Shown here: piece by piece, positions 1 through 9,457 of the stretch
Layout: each line of letters begins with the position of its first letter
Numbering within the stretch: the first letter of the stretch is position 1
Assembly: GCA_964350735.1 (NCBI GenBank)
Contig: CAYGKO010000001.1
Location: 18,134 to 82,133 of the forward strand
Length of the DNA stretch: 64,000 nt
Direction of reading: 5' to 3'
Source of the DNA: an uncultured Candidatus Saccharibacteria bacterium
GTDB taxonomy: Bacteria > Patescibacteriota > Minisyncoccia > Phycocordibacterales > UBA918
Translations under genes and position numbers: made by a program
The notes under the pieces: generated by a model
The model's input: only the letters and a program-made list of their open reading frames with translations
Told to the model about the DNA's origin: nothing
The model's database searches: none

Positions 1-103
1 TCTTTTGTTGTAGTTTTGTATTTGTTCGCATATAAATCTAACTGTAGCCATGTCCCTTTTTCAGGAACAATATATATAACTATCTATCATCAAAAAAGTT
101 ACA

Positions 104-703
104 TTAATGATCAGAGAGTAACAACTCTGATTCATCATCTTTTGCTTCCTTGCGGAAGGCTGCTTTAGCTCGATGAATCCGGGCTTTAATTGTTCCTACG
201 GTCTCCCCGGTTTCATCAGCTATATCAGCATGACTCCAGCGCTCAAGATAGTGCATACGCAATACCACTACAAAATGTCCTGGCATTCGCTCCAATACTC
301 GCTCAATCGCGTCACGCTTCTCGGCAAATCCGCTATGCTCCGCTTTCTCACCAATCAGCTGCTCAAACTCGGGATCGATGTTCACAAACCGGTGCCCTTC
401 CTTTACTCGTTTTTGATAGCGAGTAAACGCCGTATTCATTAAGATACGATACGCCCAACTCGAAAACTTCGCTCCTTCTTGTACTTCAAAGCGATGCGCA
501 TTCATATAGATCTTAGTAAAAGCATCTTGCACGATTTCTTCTGCATCAAGCTGATTATGAATGATCGTCATTGCTTTACGCATAAATGCATCTTGATAGC
601 GCTCCAGAAGCACCGCAAAGATCCACGGCTGCGCTTGACTGCGCGCCAGGATTTCTTCATCAGACAACTCTTTAGCGTTATCAGTAGTGGTTAAGCCGAG
701 CAT
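104..703 (-). CDS. ECF-type sigma-70 family RNA polymerase sigma factor
   Basis: 199 aa with sigma-70 region 2 and region 4 (HTH) layout. Size is typical of ECF sigma factors. Confidence 0.65.
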   Translation of the reverse strand: MLGLTTTDNAKELSDEEILARSQAQPWIFAVLLERYQDAFMRKAMTIIHNQLDAEEIVQDAFTKIYMNAHRFEVQEGAKFSSWAYRILMNTAFTRYQKRVKEGHRFVNIDPEFEQLIGEKAEHSGFAEKRDAIERVLERMPGHFVVVLRMHYLERWSHADIADETGETVGTIKARIHRAKAAFRKEAKDDESELLLSDH

Positions 704-772
704 AGTTTGGTACCATTGTGCCCGTTATAACCAAGATTTACAACTACAAGTTACCTATGGCAAAAGTTAAAT

Positions 773-806
773 GAAGAAAGGAGCAAAAGCGACTATTCTG
801 AATTTA
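773..806 (+). promoter_or_regulatory. Conserved 34-nt element upstream of efp (copy A)
   Basis: gaagaaaggagcaaaagcgactattctgaattta lies 72 nt before the efp ATG. A near-identical copy in inverse orientation sits 76 nt before rpsR. Confidence 0.3.
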
Positions 807-877
807 CTTCCCAATTCGCCAAGTCCTATGGCGAATTGCTGGAAGACTAAAGGTACCCATTTAGTACAGAAAACACT

Positions 878-1453
878 ATGGCAAAATTAAACTACAACGA
901 AGTCCTCCCCAAACGAACCGTCATTATGGATAATGACCCTTATTTAGTGCTTTCATCCAACATTGCCAAGAAGGATCGACAAAAAGCCAGTAACGCTGTG
1001 AAGATGAAAAACCTCCGCACTGGTGGTGTAGTTGATCGAACCTTTCATCAGTCTGACGTGCTCGAAGCAGCTGATATCGAAAAGCGAGAGGTGAAATTTT
1101 TGTACAGCAACCGTGGTGAGTTCTGGTTCTGTACTCCTGACAGCCCAGGTAATCGCTTTAATTTAAGCGAAGACGTAGTCGGCGCCATGAGCAAATATGT
1201 TACTGAAAACAGTATTGTGGAAGCAATTGTATTCGACGACGTCATCATGAGCGTCATAACGCCAATCAAGGTAGAGCTCAAAGTGACCGAAGCATCCGAA
1301 GCAGTCAAAGGCAACACCTCAAGTGGCGCTACTAAAGAAGTAACCCTCGAAACTGGTCTCCTGATCCAGGTTCCCCAATTCATCAACCAAGGAGACATCA
1401 TAAAAGTAAACACCGAAAGCGGTCTCTATACCGAACGAACTACCAAAGCGTAG
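878..1453 (+). CDS. efp: Elongation factor P
   Basis: 191 aa with EF-P length and domain pattern (KOW-like N-terminus, OB domains). Confidence 0.8.
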   Translation: MAKLNYNEVLPKRTVIMDNDPYLVLSSNIAKKDRQKASNAVKMKNLRTGGVVDRTFHQSDVLEAADIEKREVKFLYSNRGEFWFCTPDSPGNRFNLSEDVVGAMSKYVTENSIVEAIVFDDVIMSVITPIKVELKVTEASEAVKGNTSSGATKEVTLETGLLIQVPQFINQGDIIKVNTESGLYTERTTKA

Positions 1454-1475
1454 GTAGAAACAATCCACCGCATAC

Positions 1476-1506
1476 AAAAACCCGATGCTGATAGCATCGG
1501 GTTTTT
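1476..1506. terminator. Bidirectional intrinsic terminator between efp and rpsR
   Basis: aaaaacccgatgctgatagcatcgggttttt is a perfect 9-bp stem flanked by an A-run and a T-run. Confidence 0.6.
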
Positions 1507-1523
1507 GTCTTCGTCCCTTCTCT

Positions 1524-1721
1524 CTAGTGTGTCACAAACGCCATGAGCGCCATGAATCGAGCTCGTTTGGTTGCTCGAGCGAAGTCTCGCTGCTGCTTAG
1601 CAGTGAAACCAGTTCGCTTTCGGCCGTACATACGAGAGTGTGGGTTCACATGATTACTGAGACGAGTGATGTCTTTGTAATCAACGTGGTTGATTGTTTG
1701 AATTACGTTTTTTTCTTCCAT
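1524..1721 (-). CDS. rpsR: 30S ribosomal protein S18
   Basis: 65 aa with the S18 motif ...DYKDI..L...V...GRI.P.R.TG..AK.QR.LA.AIKRARF.ALMP. Confidence 0.85.
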   Translation of the reverse strand: MEEKNVIQTINHVDYKDITRLSNHVNPHSRMYGRKRTGFTAKQQRDFARATKRARFMALMAFVTH

Positions 1722-1796
1722 ATCTTTTTAATTATACTGAAATTATGTCTTAGGATGTTCCAAGAATTTGCTCTAGGCATTGAGCAAATTCGGAAC

Positions 1797-1830
1797 TAAA
1801 TTCGGAATAGTCGCTTGCGCTCCTTTCCTC
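1797..1830 (-). promoter_or_regulatory. Conserved 34-nt element upstream of rpsR (copy B)
   Basis: The reverse complement gaggaaaggagcgcaagcgactattccgaattta matches copy A at 30 of 34 positions and has the same spacing to the start codon. Confidence 0.3.
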
Positions 1831-2010
1831 ATTCATCTTCTGACATAATTTCAAATTTTGGCTGATAAGTATCTATTTTTTAAGAGTTTTAGCGAATCTG
1901 GGATGACTGAGAAGCGAGGCGCACAAGAAATTTTTTTACGAGTTGTACGTAGGTACGGTGAGTAAAAAATTATCGCCGTGCAACGAAGCTAATCGGTTAT
2001 ATCCAATTCG

Positions 2011-2472
2011 TTAAAATGGGATGTCTTCTGGATTGATTTCCTCTTCAGGGTAATCTGGGGTCTTTGGCGCTGCGCTATCTGCTGCACCAGTGCTGCTAGC
2101 AGCACTGGGGGCATCATTATTAGCCGGCGCTCCTTCACCACTGTTACCGCTCTTAGGTCCAAATTGTACCCGATCAGCAATCACTTCAGTCCGATACTGC
2201 TTGTGACCATCTTTCTCCCATGACCGAGTCTGCAGACGACCTTCAACGTATGTACTGCTTCCCTTGTGTAGATATTTCGACACATTTTCAGCTTGCTTAC
2301 CAAATACCACAATGTTGTGGTAATCAGTTGATTCTTGTCGGTTTCCATCTCGGTCATTGTAGACGCGATTAGTAGCCAAACTGAACGAACAAACTTGCAT
2401 TCCACTCGGGAGGGATTTCATTTCTGGATCTCGAGTTAGATTTCCAAAAATCATCGCTTTGTTGAGGTACAT
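2011..2472 (-). CDS. ssb: Single-stranded DNA-binding protein
   Basis: 153 aa with an OB-fold N-terminus, a Gly/Ser/Ala-rich tail and the C-terminal acidic tip ...EDIPF typical of bacterial SSB. Confidence 0.85.
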   Translation of the reverse strand: MYLNKAMIFGNLTRDPEMKSLPSGMQVCSFSLATNRVYNDRDGNRQESTDYHNIVVFGKQAENVSKYLHKGSSTYVEGRLQTRSWEKDGHKQYRTEVIADRVQFGPKSGNSGEGAPANNDAPSAASSTGAADSAAPKTPDYPEEEINPEDIPF

Positions 2473-2503
2473 ATCGTGAGTTGCTTAAATGATTAGACGT
2501 TAC

Positions 2504-3064
2504 TTATTTTGCTTCTGTCTTGGCTTCAGACTCCTCTTTTGGAGACTCTTCAGCTGCTTCAGATGCTTCAGTCTTTTCATTATCCTCTGATTTTGCTTCT
2601 TCTGCAACTGGTGCAACTACTTCTTTTTCTTCCACGTCAGTTACCATCTTTTCTGAAGCTAACGCTTCGTGGAATCGGAATGGATGAGCTTCTTCTTCTC
2701 GAGAAAGTCGGATCAGTAGGTGTCGCAAAATATCACTTCGCGCTTCCATTTCTTCACCCATTTCTGTTACTGCAGATGATTCGGCTGTAAACCGCACCCA
2801 CCCAAAGTACGCTGATGCAAACTTTCGGTTCTTACCTTCTAAGTGCTTCACGATCTCATACGCAAGATCAAATCGTTCTGGCGCTTCTTCACCAGTGATC
2901 TCACCACCAGCTTTTGACACTAGGGCTTTAATCTCTTCTACTACTTTAGTCACTTCCCCTTCAGCAACTGTTGGAAGTACGTGGAAAGCAAGTTCGTACG
3001 CAAACCGTTCATTTTGGTCTACGCCTGACTCAGCTTCAGCTGCTGGCATTGTTGTTTCTGACAT
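2504..3064 (-). CDS. rpsF: 30S ribosomal protein S6 with acidic C-terminal extension
   Basis: S6-like core (YE.AF...P..) followed by a Glu/Lys-rich tail. Sits in the conserved rpsF-ssb-rpsR order. Confidence 0.75.
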   Translation of the reverse strand: MSETTMPAAEAESGVDQNERFAYELAFHVLPTVAEGEVTKVVEEIKALVSKAGGEITGEEAPERFDLAYEIVKHLEGKNRKFASAYFGWVRFTAESSAVTEMGEEMEARSDILRHLLIRLSREEEAHPFRFHEALASEKMVTDVEEKEVVAPVAEEAKSEDNEKTEASEAAEESPKEESEAKTEAK

Positions 3065-3153
3065 ATTTTTCAGGAACTACTGATAACGGCGCTACGGTAC
3101 CATGAAAAACTCCTTCATACAAGCTGCCGCAAGTGCTACAATAGGGGCCAAAT

Positions 3154-4086
3154 ATGCAGCAAAACCGAACTATTTCCTGGCCATTTTATATCCTCATAGT
3201 ATTCTTTCTGATTGCGCTAGGTGGTAGTGCCTATCTCTATCTTGAGCTGACAGAACGGACTGATGAGCGTGACGCTCTTTTGCTAACTAAAGCCAATTTA
3301 ACCACCAATCTCGATCAAACTACCAAAAAACTCAGCGCCGCGAGTAATACAGTCGCTGCCCTCGTGCAAGAACTTGATATCACCGCCGAAGAGCTCGAGG
3401 ATGCGGAACGAGACTACCGACGAGAAAAAGACAAAAATGATGATCTTGAAGACGAGTACCGCGATACTATCGAAACTGTACGTGTACTCGACAAACTATC
3501 TAAAACCGATGAGGAGCTGCTCCAAAAATACTCTCGGGTTTCGTTCTTGAATGAAAATTACATCCCGTCTGATATCGACGAGATTCACAGTAAATATATC
3601 CTCAGCAGTCGGAGCGACCAGTACTTCCACGCTGATGCGATGTCCTTTCTTGAGGATCTGCTTGATGATGCACGGCGCGACAAGATTGATCTGCAAGTAG
3701 TATCGGCCTATCGATCATTTGATACCCAAGCGCAACTTAAAGGCCAGTATACCCAAACCTACGGCTCGGGCGCCAACACCTTCTCGGCTGACCAAGGTTT
3801 CTCCGAACACCAGCTTGGGACCACCGTCGATTTCACCGACACTGAAGCAAACGCTTTACGGCCAAGCTTTGAAAATACCGACGCCTTTGAGTGGCTCGAA
3901 AAGAACGCCTACAAACACGGCTTTGTGCTGTCCTACCCTAAAGGCAACGACTTCTTTATCTTTGAGCCCTGGCACTGGCGCTTTGTCGGCGAAGAATTGG
4001 CCCGCGACCTTGATCGTGATGACGCCAACTTCTACGACTGGGACCAACGCGATATCGATCCCTACCTCTTAAACATTTTTGATTAA
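3154..4086 (+). CDS. Membrane-anchored D-Ala-D-Ala carboxypeptidase (VanY / peptidase M15 family)
   Basis: N-terminal TM helix and coiled coil. The C-terminal domain has the SxHxxGxAxD-like (SEHQLGTTVD) and EPWHWR motifs of VanY/M15 peptidases. Confidence 0.65.
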   Translation: MQQNRTISWPFYILIVFFLIALGGSAYLYLELTERTDERDALLLTKANLTTNLDQTTKKLSAASNTVAALVQELDITAEELEDAERDYRREKDKNDDLEDEYRDTIETVRVLDKLSKTDEELLQKYSRVSFLNENYIPSDIDEIHSKYILSSRSDQYFHADAMSFLEDLLDDARRDKIDLQVVSAYRSFDTQAQLKGQYTQTYGSGANTFSADQGFSEHQLGTTVDFTDTEANALRPSFENTDAFEWLEKNAYKHGFVLSYPKGNDFFIFEPWHWRFVGEELARDLDRDDANFYDWDQRDIDPYLLNIFD

Positions 4087-4510
4087 CAGTATGGATATCC
4101 CTGAATGTTTTTACAGAGTCAGTGCAAAAGCTCTTGTATTAAATGAAACCAGGGATAAGTTTCTAATTATTCAAGATGAGAATGGTTGGTGGGATCTTCC
4201 TGGAGGTGGTTTAGAATGGGAAACAACTCCTCAGATTGATATCCCTCGTGAGGTAACTGAAGAAATGTCCCTAAAGGTTACGTCTGTAAGTGATAATCCA
4301 TCTTATTTTTACACTGACCGTAAACCAAGTTTAGTAACTAAAGGAGCTATTAATCCCTACGCATACGTGCTGTATGAGACTGTTCTTGAAAACCTAGATT
4401 TTAAAGCGTCTGATGAATGTGTGAGGATCATGTTTGTTAACAAACAATGTCTCCCAGAAGATAACGTCCATCAACAAGTATTAAAGCTGGCAAAAATATT
4501 TAATCAATGA
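4079..4510 (+). CDS. NUDIX hydrolase
   Basis: Nudix box PGGGLEWETTPQIDIPREVTEEMSL (GX5EX7REUXEEXGU). Confidence 0.7.
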   Translation: MINSMDIPECFYRVSAKALVLNETRDKFLIIQDENGWWDLPGGGLEWETTPQIDIPREVTEEMSLKVTSVSDNPSYFYTDRKPSLVTKGAINPYAYVLYETVLENLDFKASDECVRIMFVNKQCLPEDNVHQQVLKLAKIFNQ

Positions 4511-5025
4511 AAATTAGCATCATTGGTCACAACGCGTGTGGTAAAAGTACCTTAGCGACAAAGATTGCTGATGAATTTACTATCCCACGACTAGAGTTAG
4601 ATCGACTATGGTTTACCCATGGTGGCAATGAAACGACTCGTCACCAAGTCGAGCAGCGAAAGCTAATAAGCGATAGTATTCATACAGATGTTTCAAATTT
4701 TTTAGCCCAAAATGAACGCTGGGTTTCAGATGGTTTTTATAGTAAAGAGCAGCCTGCAATTTCTGATCTTGCCGATCAAGTAGTATTCATCGATATACCT
4801 TTATGGCAGCGGCAGTGGAACCATTTGAAAAGGATCTGGAACCGAAGTGAAAGACACCCCGAATTATCAATCTGGGACGAACTATTTTTTACCTACGATA
4901 TGATTCGTCGCACCAAAGAGCGCACGCCACAAATAGCGGCATTTTATAATACCTACAAGAACAAACTCATTCATCTTCGTTCACATCAAGAAGTAGATAC
5001 TTACTTTGAATCACTAGAAAAATAA
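4507..5025 (+). CDS. P-loop NTPase (adenylate-kinase / topology-modulation-like)
   Basis: Walker A motif GHNACGKST at the N-terminus. 172 aa, overlaps the Nudix gene by 4 nt. Confidence 0.5.
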   Translation: MKISIIGHNACGKSTLATKIADEFTIPRLELDRLWFTHGGNETTRHQVEQRKLISDSIHTDVSNFLAQNERWVSDGFYSKEQPAISDLADQVVFIDIPLWQRQWNHLKRIWNRSERHPELSIWDELFFTYDMIRRTKERTPQIAAFYNTYKNKLIHLRSHQEVDTYFESLEK

Positions 5026-5879
5026 AATCGGTGCCAATTTTCTACTAGTTTAAGTCGGACCTCCTCTTCATCCTCTCCCCGAATCTCCGCGATCTTTTTA
5101 TACACTTCCTGCACCATCCAGGGTTCACAGCGTTGACCACGGTATGGCTTTGGAGCTACATATGGACAATCGGTCTCAGCGTGGATCAATTCGAGGGGAG
5201 CATTTTTGACTATCTCTTCATAATCTTTGGCGAAGGTAATCACACCAGTAAACGAGATGGTGCAGCCAAGATCAAAAAACTTCTTCGCTTGTTCCCAATT
5301 CCCCGCGTAGAAATGAATATTAGCTGGCACCTTCGCGTACTGCTTCAAGACATCATAGACATCATCATAAGCACTCCGGCCAGTCGCTGAGGCACTGGCT
5401 TGATTCCCGGCTGCATCGCGGGTGTGGATCATGAGTGGCAGCTGCAGTTCATTAGCAAGCTGAATTTGTGCAATAAATTGCTCTTCTTGAATGGCGTAGG
5501 TATCAGCATCAGCTCGATAGAAATCAAAGCCACATTCGCCAATCCCTACCACCTTCTCGTGTTTTGCCAGCTCACGATAGAAATCAACATCAAACACTTC
5601 CCCCTGGCTTTTAAACGGCGCGCTCCCCTCCCCAATTTCTTCATTAGAATGAAAATCTGGTGTAGTTTGGATCGGATGCAATCCTACTATGGCGTAACAA
5701 TGCTCGTGTTTCGCAGCTATCTCAACCGCCTTCTGGCTGGTACTTTCCTTCGTCCCAATATTAATCACTGCCACACCATCATCAGCACATTTCTTGGCCA
5801 CCGCATCCCGGTCCTCATCAAATGACGAAATGTTGAGGTGCGCATGGGTATCAATGTATTTCCAGTCCATAGTTTCCAA
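5001..5879 (-). CDS. tatD: TatD-family metal-dependent DNase/hydrolase
   Basis: N-terminal IDTHAHL motif with TIM-barrel hydrolase conserved His/Glu/Asp positions. 292 aa. Confidence 0.8.
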   Translation of the reverse strand: METMDWKYIDTHAHLNISSFDEDRDAVAKKCADDGVAVINIGTKESTSQKAVEIAAKHEHCYAIVGLHPIQTTPDFHSNEEIGEGSAPFKSQGEVFDVDFYRELAKHEKVVGIGECGFDFYRADADTYAIQEEQFIAQIQLANELQLPLMIHTRDAAGNQASASATGRSAYDDVYDVLKQYAKVPANIHFYAGNWEQAKKFFDLGCTISFTGVITFAKDYEEIVKNAPLELIHAETDCPYVAPKPYRGQRCEPWMVQEVYKKIAEIRGEDEEEVRLKLVENWHRFYFSSDSK

Positions 5880-5905
5880 TTAATATCGCTATAATACCAC
5901 ACCAA

Positions 5906-5931
5906 AAACCTTTCAATCGATTGAAAGGTTT
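5906..5931. promoter_or_regulatory. 26-bp perfect palindrome aaacctttcaatcgattgaaaggttt (site 1)
   Basis: Lies in the divergent promoter region between tatD and the TrpR-like gene. Its core cctttcaatcgattgaaagg is repeated at 6356-6375. Confidence 0.45.
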
Positions 5932-5946
5932 GTTATCCTGATTCTA

Positions 5947-6354
5947 ATGGCTCGACTCAATAAAAACCCTCTGCCTCCTGAACAATTAACCAAACTATTG
6001 GATCAATTTGATAACACTCTAGGCCGCATCCCCGTCGCAGAAACTGGACCATTCTTTTCTGAACTCTTGGGCCATGAAGAAAGAATTATGTTAGCAAAAA
6101 GACTCGCTATTATTATTCTCTTACTGGAAGAGTATTCCCTCTACAAAATAAGTAATCTCCTTAAAGTCAGTTCTGGCACTGCAGAAAATATCAAACGTCG
6201 ACTCAACAAAGGAGAATACGACCACATCGTTAGAGTACTCGGAAAAGATAAAAATAATTACTTTCAAATATTGGAAGCGATCGATACTGTCTTACACCTT
6301 GGCGGCATGCTTCCACACTACAATGGCATCGAGCGCTATAAATTCTTAAAGTAA
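5947..6354 (+). CDS. TrpR-like (YerC/YecD family) HTH DNA-binding protein
   Basis: EERIMLAKRL...ISNLLKVSSGTAENIKRRLNKG matches the TrpR/YerC signature (ER.....R........gvS..TI.R...L..G). Confidence 0.55.
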   Translation: MARLNKNPLPPEQLTKLLDQFDNTLGRIPVAETGPFFSELLGHEERIMLAKRLAIIILLLEEYSLYKISNLLKVSSGTAENIKRRLNKGEYDHIVRVLGKDKNNYFQILEAIDTVLHLGGMLPHYNGIERYKFLK

Positions 6355-6377
6355 ACCTTTCAATCGATTGAAAGGTT
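6354..6377. promoter_or_regulatory. 24-bp perfect palindrome aacctttcaatcgattgaaaggtt (site 2)
   Basis: Immediately after the stop codon of the TrpR-like gene, between convergent 3' ends. May act as an operator and/or terminator. Confidence 0.45.
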
Positions 6378-7002
6378 ACAAGATGTGTTCTTTTTCTAGA
6401 GATTGTTTCACTCGTTCAAAAATTAAACGATGTCCTTCAGCATTAGGGTGGTCACCGTCATATGTAAGTTCTGCAACTCTTTCACCAAACAGACCTTGCA
6501 TAGGTACAAAATGAACCCCATGTTCTCTTACCAATTCTTGTAGAGCTTTGTCATACAGATCACCATCAGCATCTAATGCGGCATGTCCTTCATACCAAGG
6601 CATTGGGTTTAACTGTGATTCATCTGAATCATACAAGCCTAAAAACACTATCGTCCCAAATGGTTTGGTAATGCCAATCATTCGCTCGCAGTTTTCTTTA
6701 AAGCGATCGATTGGTACCTGGCATTCGTTAGTCTCAAGATTGCGTACACTATCATTACCTCCAGTCTCAAAAATAATCAAATTCTTATCCTCTGCCCGAA
6801 AATACAGTTCATGTTCTAAACGCTTGACGATCCCATCACTCGTATCTCCTGACACACCAAGATTAAATACTGCGTGATAATCATTATGATTTTGCTCAGC
6901 GACCCGTGGGCCATATTCTAGAAATAACCGATTTACCCAACCTCCTTTTTCTGTATCGTCAAAACCCTGCGCGATACTTGTTCCAAAAACAATAATATTC
7001 AT
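6376..7002 (-). CDS. SGNH/GDSL-family hydrolase
   Basis: Block I GTSIAQG, block III GGND and block V DGDHP are characteristic of SGNH hydrolases. Confidence 0.65.
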   Translation of the reverse strand: MNIIVFGTSIAQGFDDTEKGGWVNRLFLEYGPRVAEQNHNDYHAVFNLGVSGDTSDGIVKRLEHELYFRAEDKNLIIFETGGNDSVRNLETNECQVPIDRFKENCERMIGITKPFGTIVFLGLYDSDESQLNPMPWYEGHAALDADGDLYDKALQELVREHGVHFVPMQGLFGERVAELTYDGDHPNAEGHRLIFERVKQSLEKEHIL

Positions 7003-7004
7003 AT

Positions 7005-7658
7005 CTATGATTCAAGTGGTGGGAGATGATTAATAAATTCAAGCTTATCCATCTCACCATTGTATTTGGTTATGGTGCCGACTTCAACTGAGTAGTCTTC
7101 GTGGGATTGGCGATCTTTTCCATCGAGAAGTGGAAGGATCGCTCGTAGGCAGCCGTGGTGTGTCACCACCACTAATTGATCACCTGGTTCAGCTGCTTCG
7201 ACCATCAGAGTGAGAACTCCGAACAAGCGGTCTTCCATCATCTGCCACGACTCGCCTTCTGGCGGTGTAAACGCATATCTTTCAGCAAAAGTCATCTCAC
7301 TGAGTTGTTCTGAAAGTGTTATCCAGGTGTAGTTACTGTACTTACCCCAATCGCGCTCAACCAGACGATCACTCTCGAGCGCCTCCACACCAGTAGCGCC
7401 AATAATTGCGGCAGCAGTCTCATTAGTGCGAGAGCGGAATGAGGTATAGATTGTTTTGATTGGTGAGTGAAGTACAGCGAAGTATTTTCCAATTGCTTTA
7501 GCCTGCTCTTTTCCAAGTGCGGTAAGCGCCGTATCCTGACAAACCAAACAATGCTTCCCCAGCGTATTCCCGTCACTTTGGCCATGACGTACAAAGTAAA
7601 TACTGATATTTTTCTTTTTAGCGAGAGCTGCTTTAAATAAATCGTATCCCATACACAA
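7005..7658 (-). CDS. Histidine phosphatase (phosphoglycerate-mutase-like) family protein
   Basis: The RHGQSDGN motif near the N-terminus is the catalytic RHG signature. 217 aa, encoded directly downstream of metG. Confidence 0.7.
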   Translation of the reverse strand: MCMGYDLFKAALAKKKNISIYFVRHGQSDGNTLGKHCLVCQDTALTALGKEQAKAIGKYFAVLHSPIKTIYTSFRSRTNETAAAIIGATGVEALESDRLVERDWGKYSNYTWITLSEQLSEMTFAERYAFTPPEGESWQMMEDRLFGVLTLMVEAAEPGDQLVVVTHHGCLRAILPLLDGKDRQSHEDYSVEVGTITKYNGEMDKLEFINHLPPLES

Positions 7659-7834
7659 ATAATTATGACGTGCCCCAAATTACAGAAACTGCCGCAGGAG
7701 CGGCAATTTCTGTACGACATGACTGGATAAAATGAGGGGCGTTAAAACCATTGGTTGACCCCCAACCTTCTGTTTCCCCTTTAATTGCTGAATATTTCAG
7801 ACAACACATATTCGGGCCATTATACACAGACCTA

Positions 7835-9277
7835 CTATTCTGGCAATCGACTAAAGAGATTGGCTGGTTTCTGGTTTTTCAGGACTGATTCTTTAATAAT
7901 TACATTAGCTTCGGGCATAATTGGGTAGAGATAGCGACCAATGAGGTACAAATCATGAGCTAATTCTGCAATAATTTTTTGAGCGGCTGGTTTATCCTCT
8001 TTTACGAGCTTAAACGGTTCGGTCTCAGCAATCTTTTCATCGAGGGCCTGCACGAGGCTCCAGACAAAATCACAGGCCCCCTGGAAATCGTAGCGATCAA
8101 GCGCATCGAGGTAGACCTGATCAAACCCGGCTCGGTCTGGCTTTTCAATTGCCGCATCGAGATGCGTCTCGGCCATTTTCATAATACGGGCCGTGAGATT
8201 CCCCAGGCCATTTACTAAGTTGGCGGTGTAGTATTCGTCCATTTTCTCCCAAGTGAGATCTGAATCATCAACTGGATGTACGTGTCGAAGCAAGATATAG
8301 CGCGTCGCGTCAGTGCCATATTTTTCTACCAACTCATACGGAGAAATCACATTCCCAATACTCTTACTCATTTTCTGCCCCCCACTGTTAATGAAGCCAT
8401 GGTAATTCACCTGATCAGTCGCTGCGACGCCGGCGCTCTTCAGCATCGCTTGCCACATAATCGACTGGAAACGCACTTGGTCTTTCCCAGCTAGTTGCAG
8501 CGTGTGGCCCTCGGTCCAGAATTTTTTAAAATCCCCACCTTCCTCTGGCCACCCTAGAGTAGAGATGTAGTTAGTCAGCGCATCAAACCACACGTACATC
8601 ACTTGATCATCATCACCTGGCACTGGCACTCCCCAGTCCATGCGACTTTTCTGGCGAGAGATAGAAAAGTCTTCGAGGCCTCCCTTCACAAACGTAATCG
8701 CTTCTTCGCGACGCCACTCTGGCGTCACTACTTCCGGTTGACTAAGATACTCTTCAAGATATGCCTGATAGTTTGAAAGTTTGAAGAAATAATTCTCTTC
8801 TTCCACCTCCTCTACTGGCTTCTTATGGATCAAACAACACTTGTTCTCATCAAGTTCATCTTCTTTGTAGTACACCTCACACCCAACGCAGTATAGTCCG
8901 GTATAGGACTTCTTATAAATATCTCCAGCCGCATCACAGTGACGCCAAATCTCCTGACAAGCCGCTTTATGATCAGTATCAGTGGTACGAATAAAGTTGT
9001 CATACGAAAGATTTAATGCTTCTTTCAAGCGATTGAACTCACCAGCAAAGTGATCAACGTACGCTTGCCGATCTTTCCCTTCCTCATCGGCTTTCTGAGC
9101 AATCTTTTGGCCGTGTTCATCAGTTCCTGTCGTAAAGAACACTTCATTACCTGACACATGCCGCCAATAGCGAGCCAGCGTATCAGCCTGAACCACTTCT
9201 AAACCAAAGCCAATATGCGGGTCGGCGTTTACGTACGGCAATGTAGTGGTTATATATCGAGCTTGTTTGTCTGTCAT
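7835..9277 (-). CDS. metG: Methionyl-tRNA synthetase (short form)
   Basis: HIGH-type motif PYVNADPHIGF, KMSKS motif and CxxC...C zinc knuckle. 480 aa. Confidence 0.9.
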   Translation of the reverse strand: MTDKQARYITTTLPYVNADPHIGFGLEVVQADTLARYWRHVSGNEVFFTTGTDEHGQKIAQKADEEGKDRQAYVDHFAGEFNRLKEALNLSYDNFIRTTDTDHKAACQEIWRHCDAAGDIYKKSYTGLYCVGCEVYYKEDELDENKCCLIHKKPVEEVEEENYFFKLSNYQAYLEEYLSQPEVVTPEWRREEAITFVKGGLEDFSISRQKSRMDWGVPVPGDDDQVMYVWFDALTNYISTLGWPEEGGDFKKFWTEGHTLQLAGKDQVRFQSIMWQAMLKSAGVAATDQVNYHGFINSGGQKMSKSIGNVISPYELVEKYGTDATRYILLRHVHPVDDSDLTWEKMDEYYTANLVNGLGNLTARIMKMAETHLDAAIEKPDRAGFDQVYLDALDRYDFQGACDFVWSLVQALDEKIAETEPFKLVKEDKPAAQKIIAELAHDLYLIGRYLYPIMPEANVIIKESVLKNQKPANLFSRLPE

Positions 9278-9457
9278 AGTAAAATCTACTCTATCATACA
9301 GCTTAAATAAAAAAAGCGGGCTACCGTGCCATAAGTAGCCCTCCCTTGACCGCTAATCCTAACTGGAAGTAAACGTCCAGCTAGCTACTGCCTCTCCGAG
9401 AGAAACGCTGCCGGCACAAACGAAGCATTTTGCAAACAAGGTTTACTAAAACTACGC

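Noticed and set aside
1485-1799. 104-aa plus-strand ORF overlapping rpsR
   Set aside because: It lies antisense to a well-conserved S18 gene and spans the terminator hairpin. No motif, so spurious.
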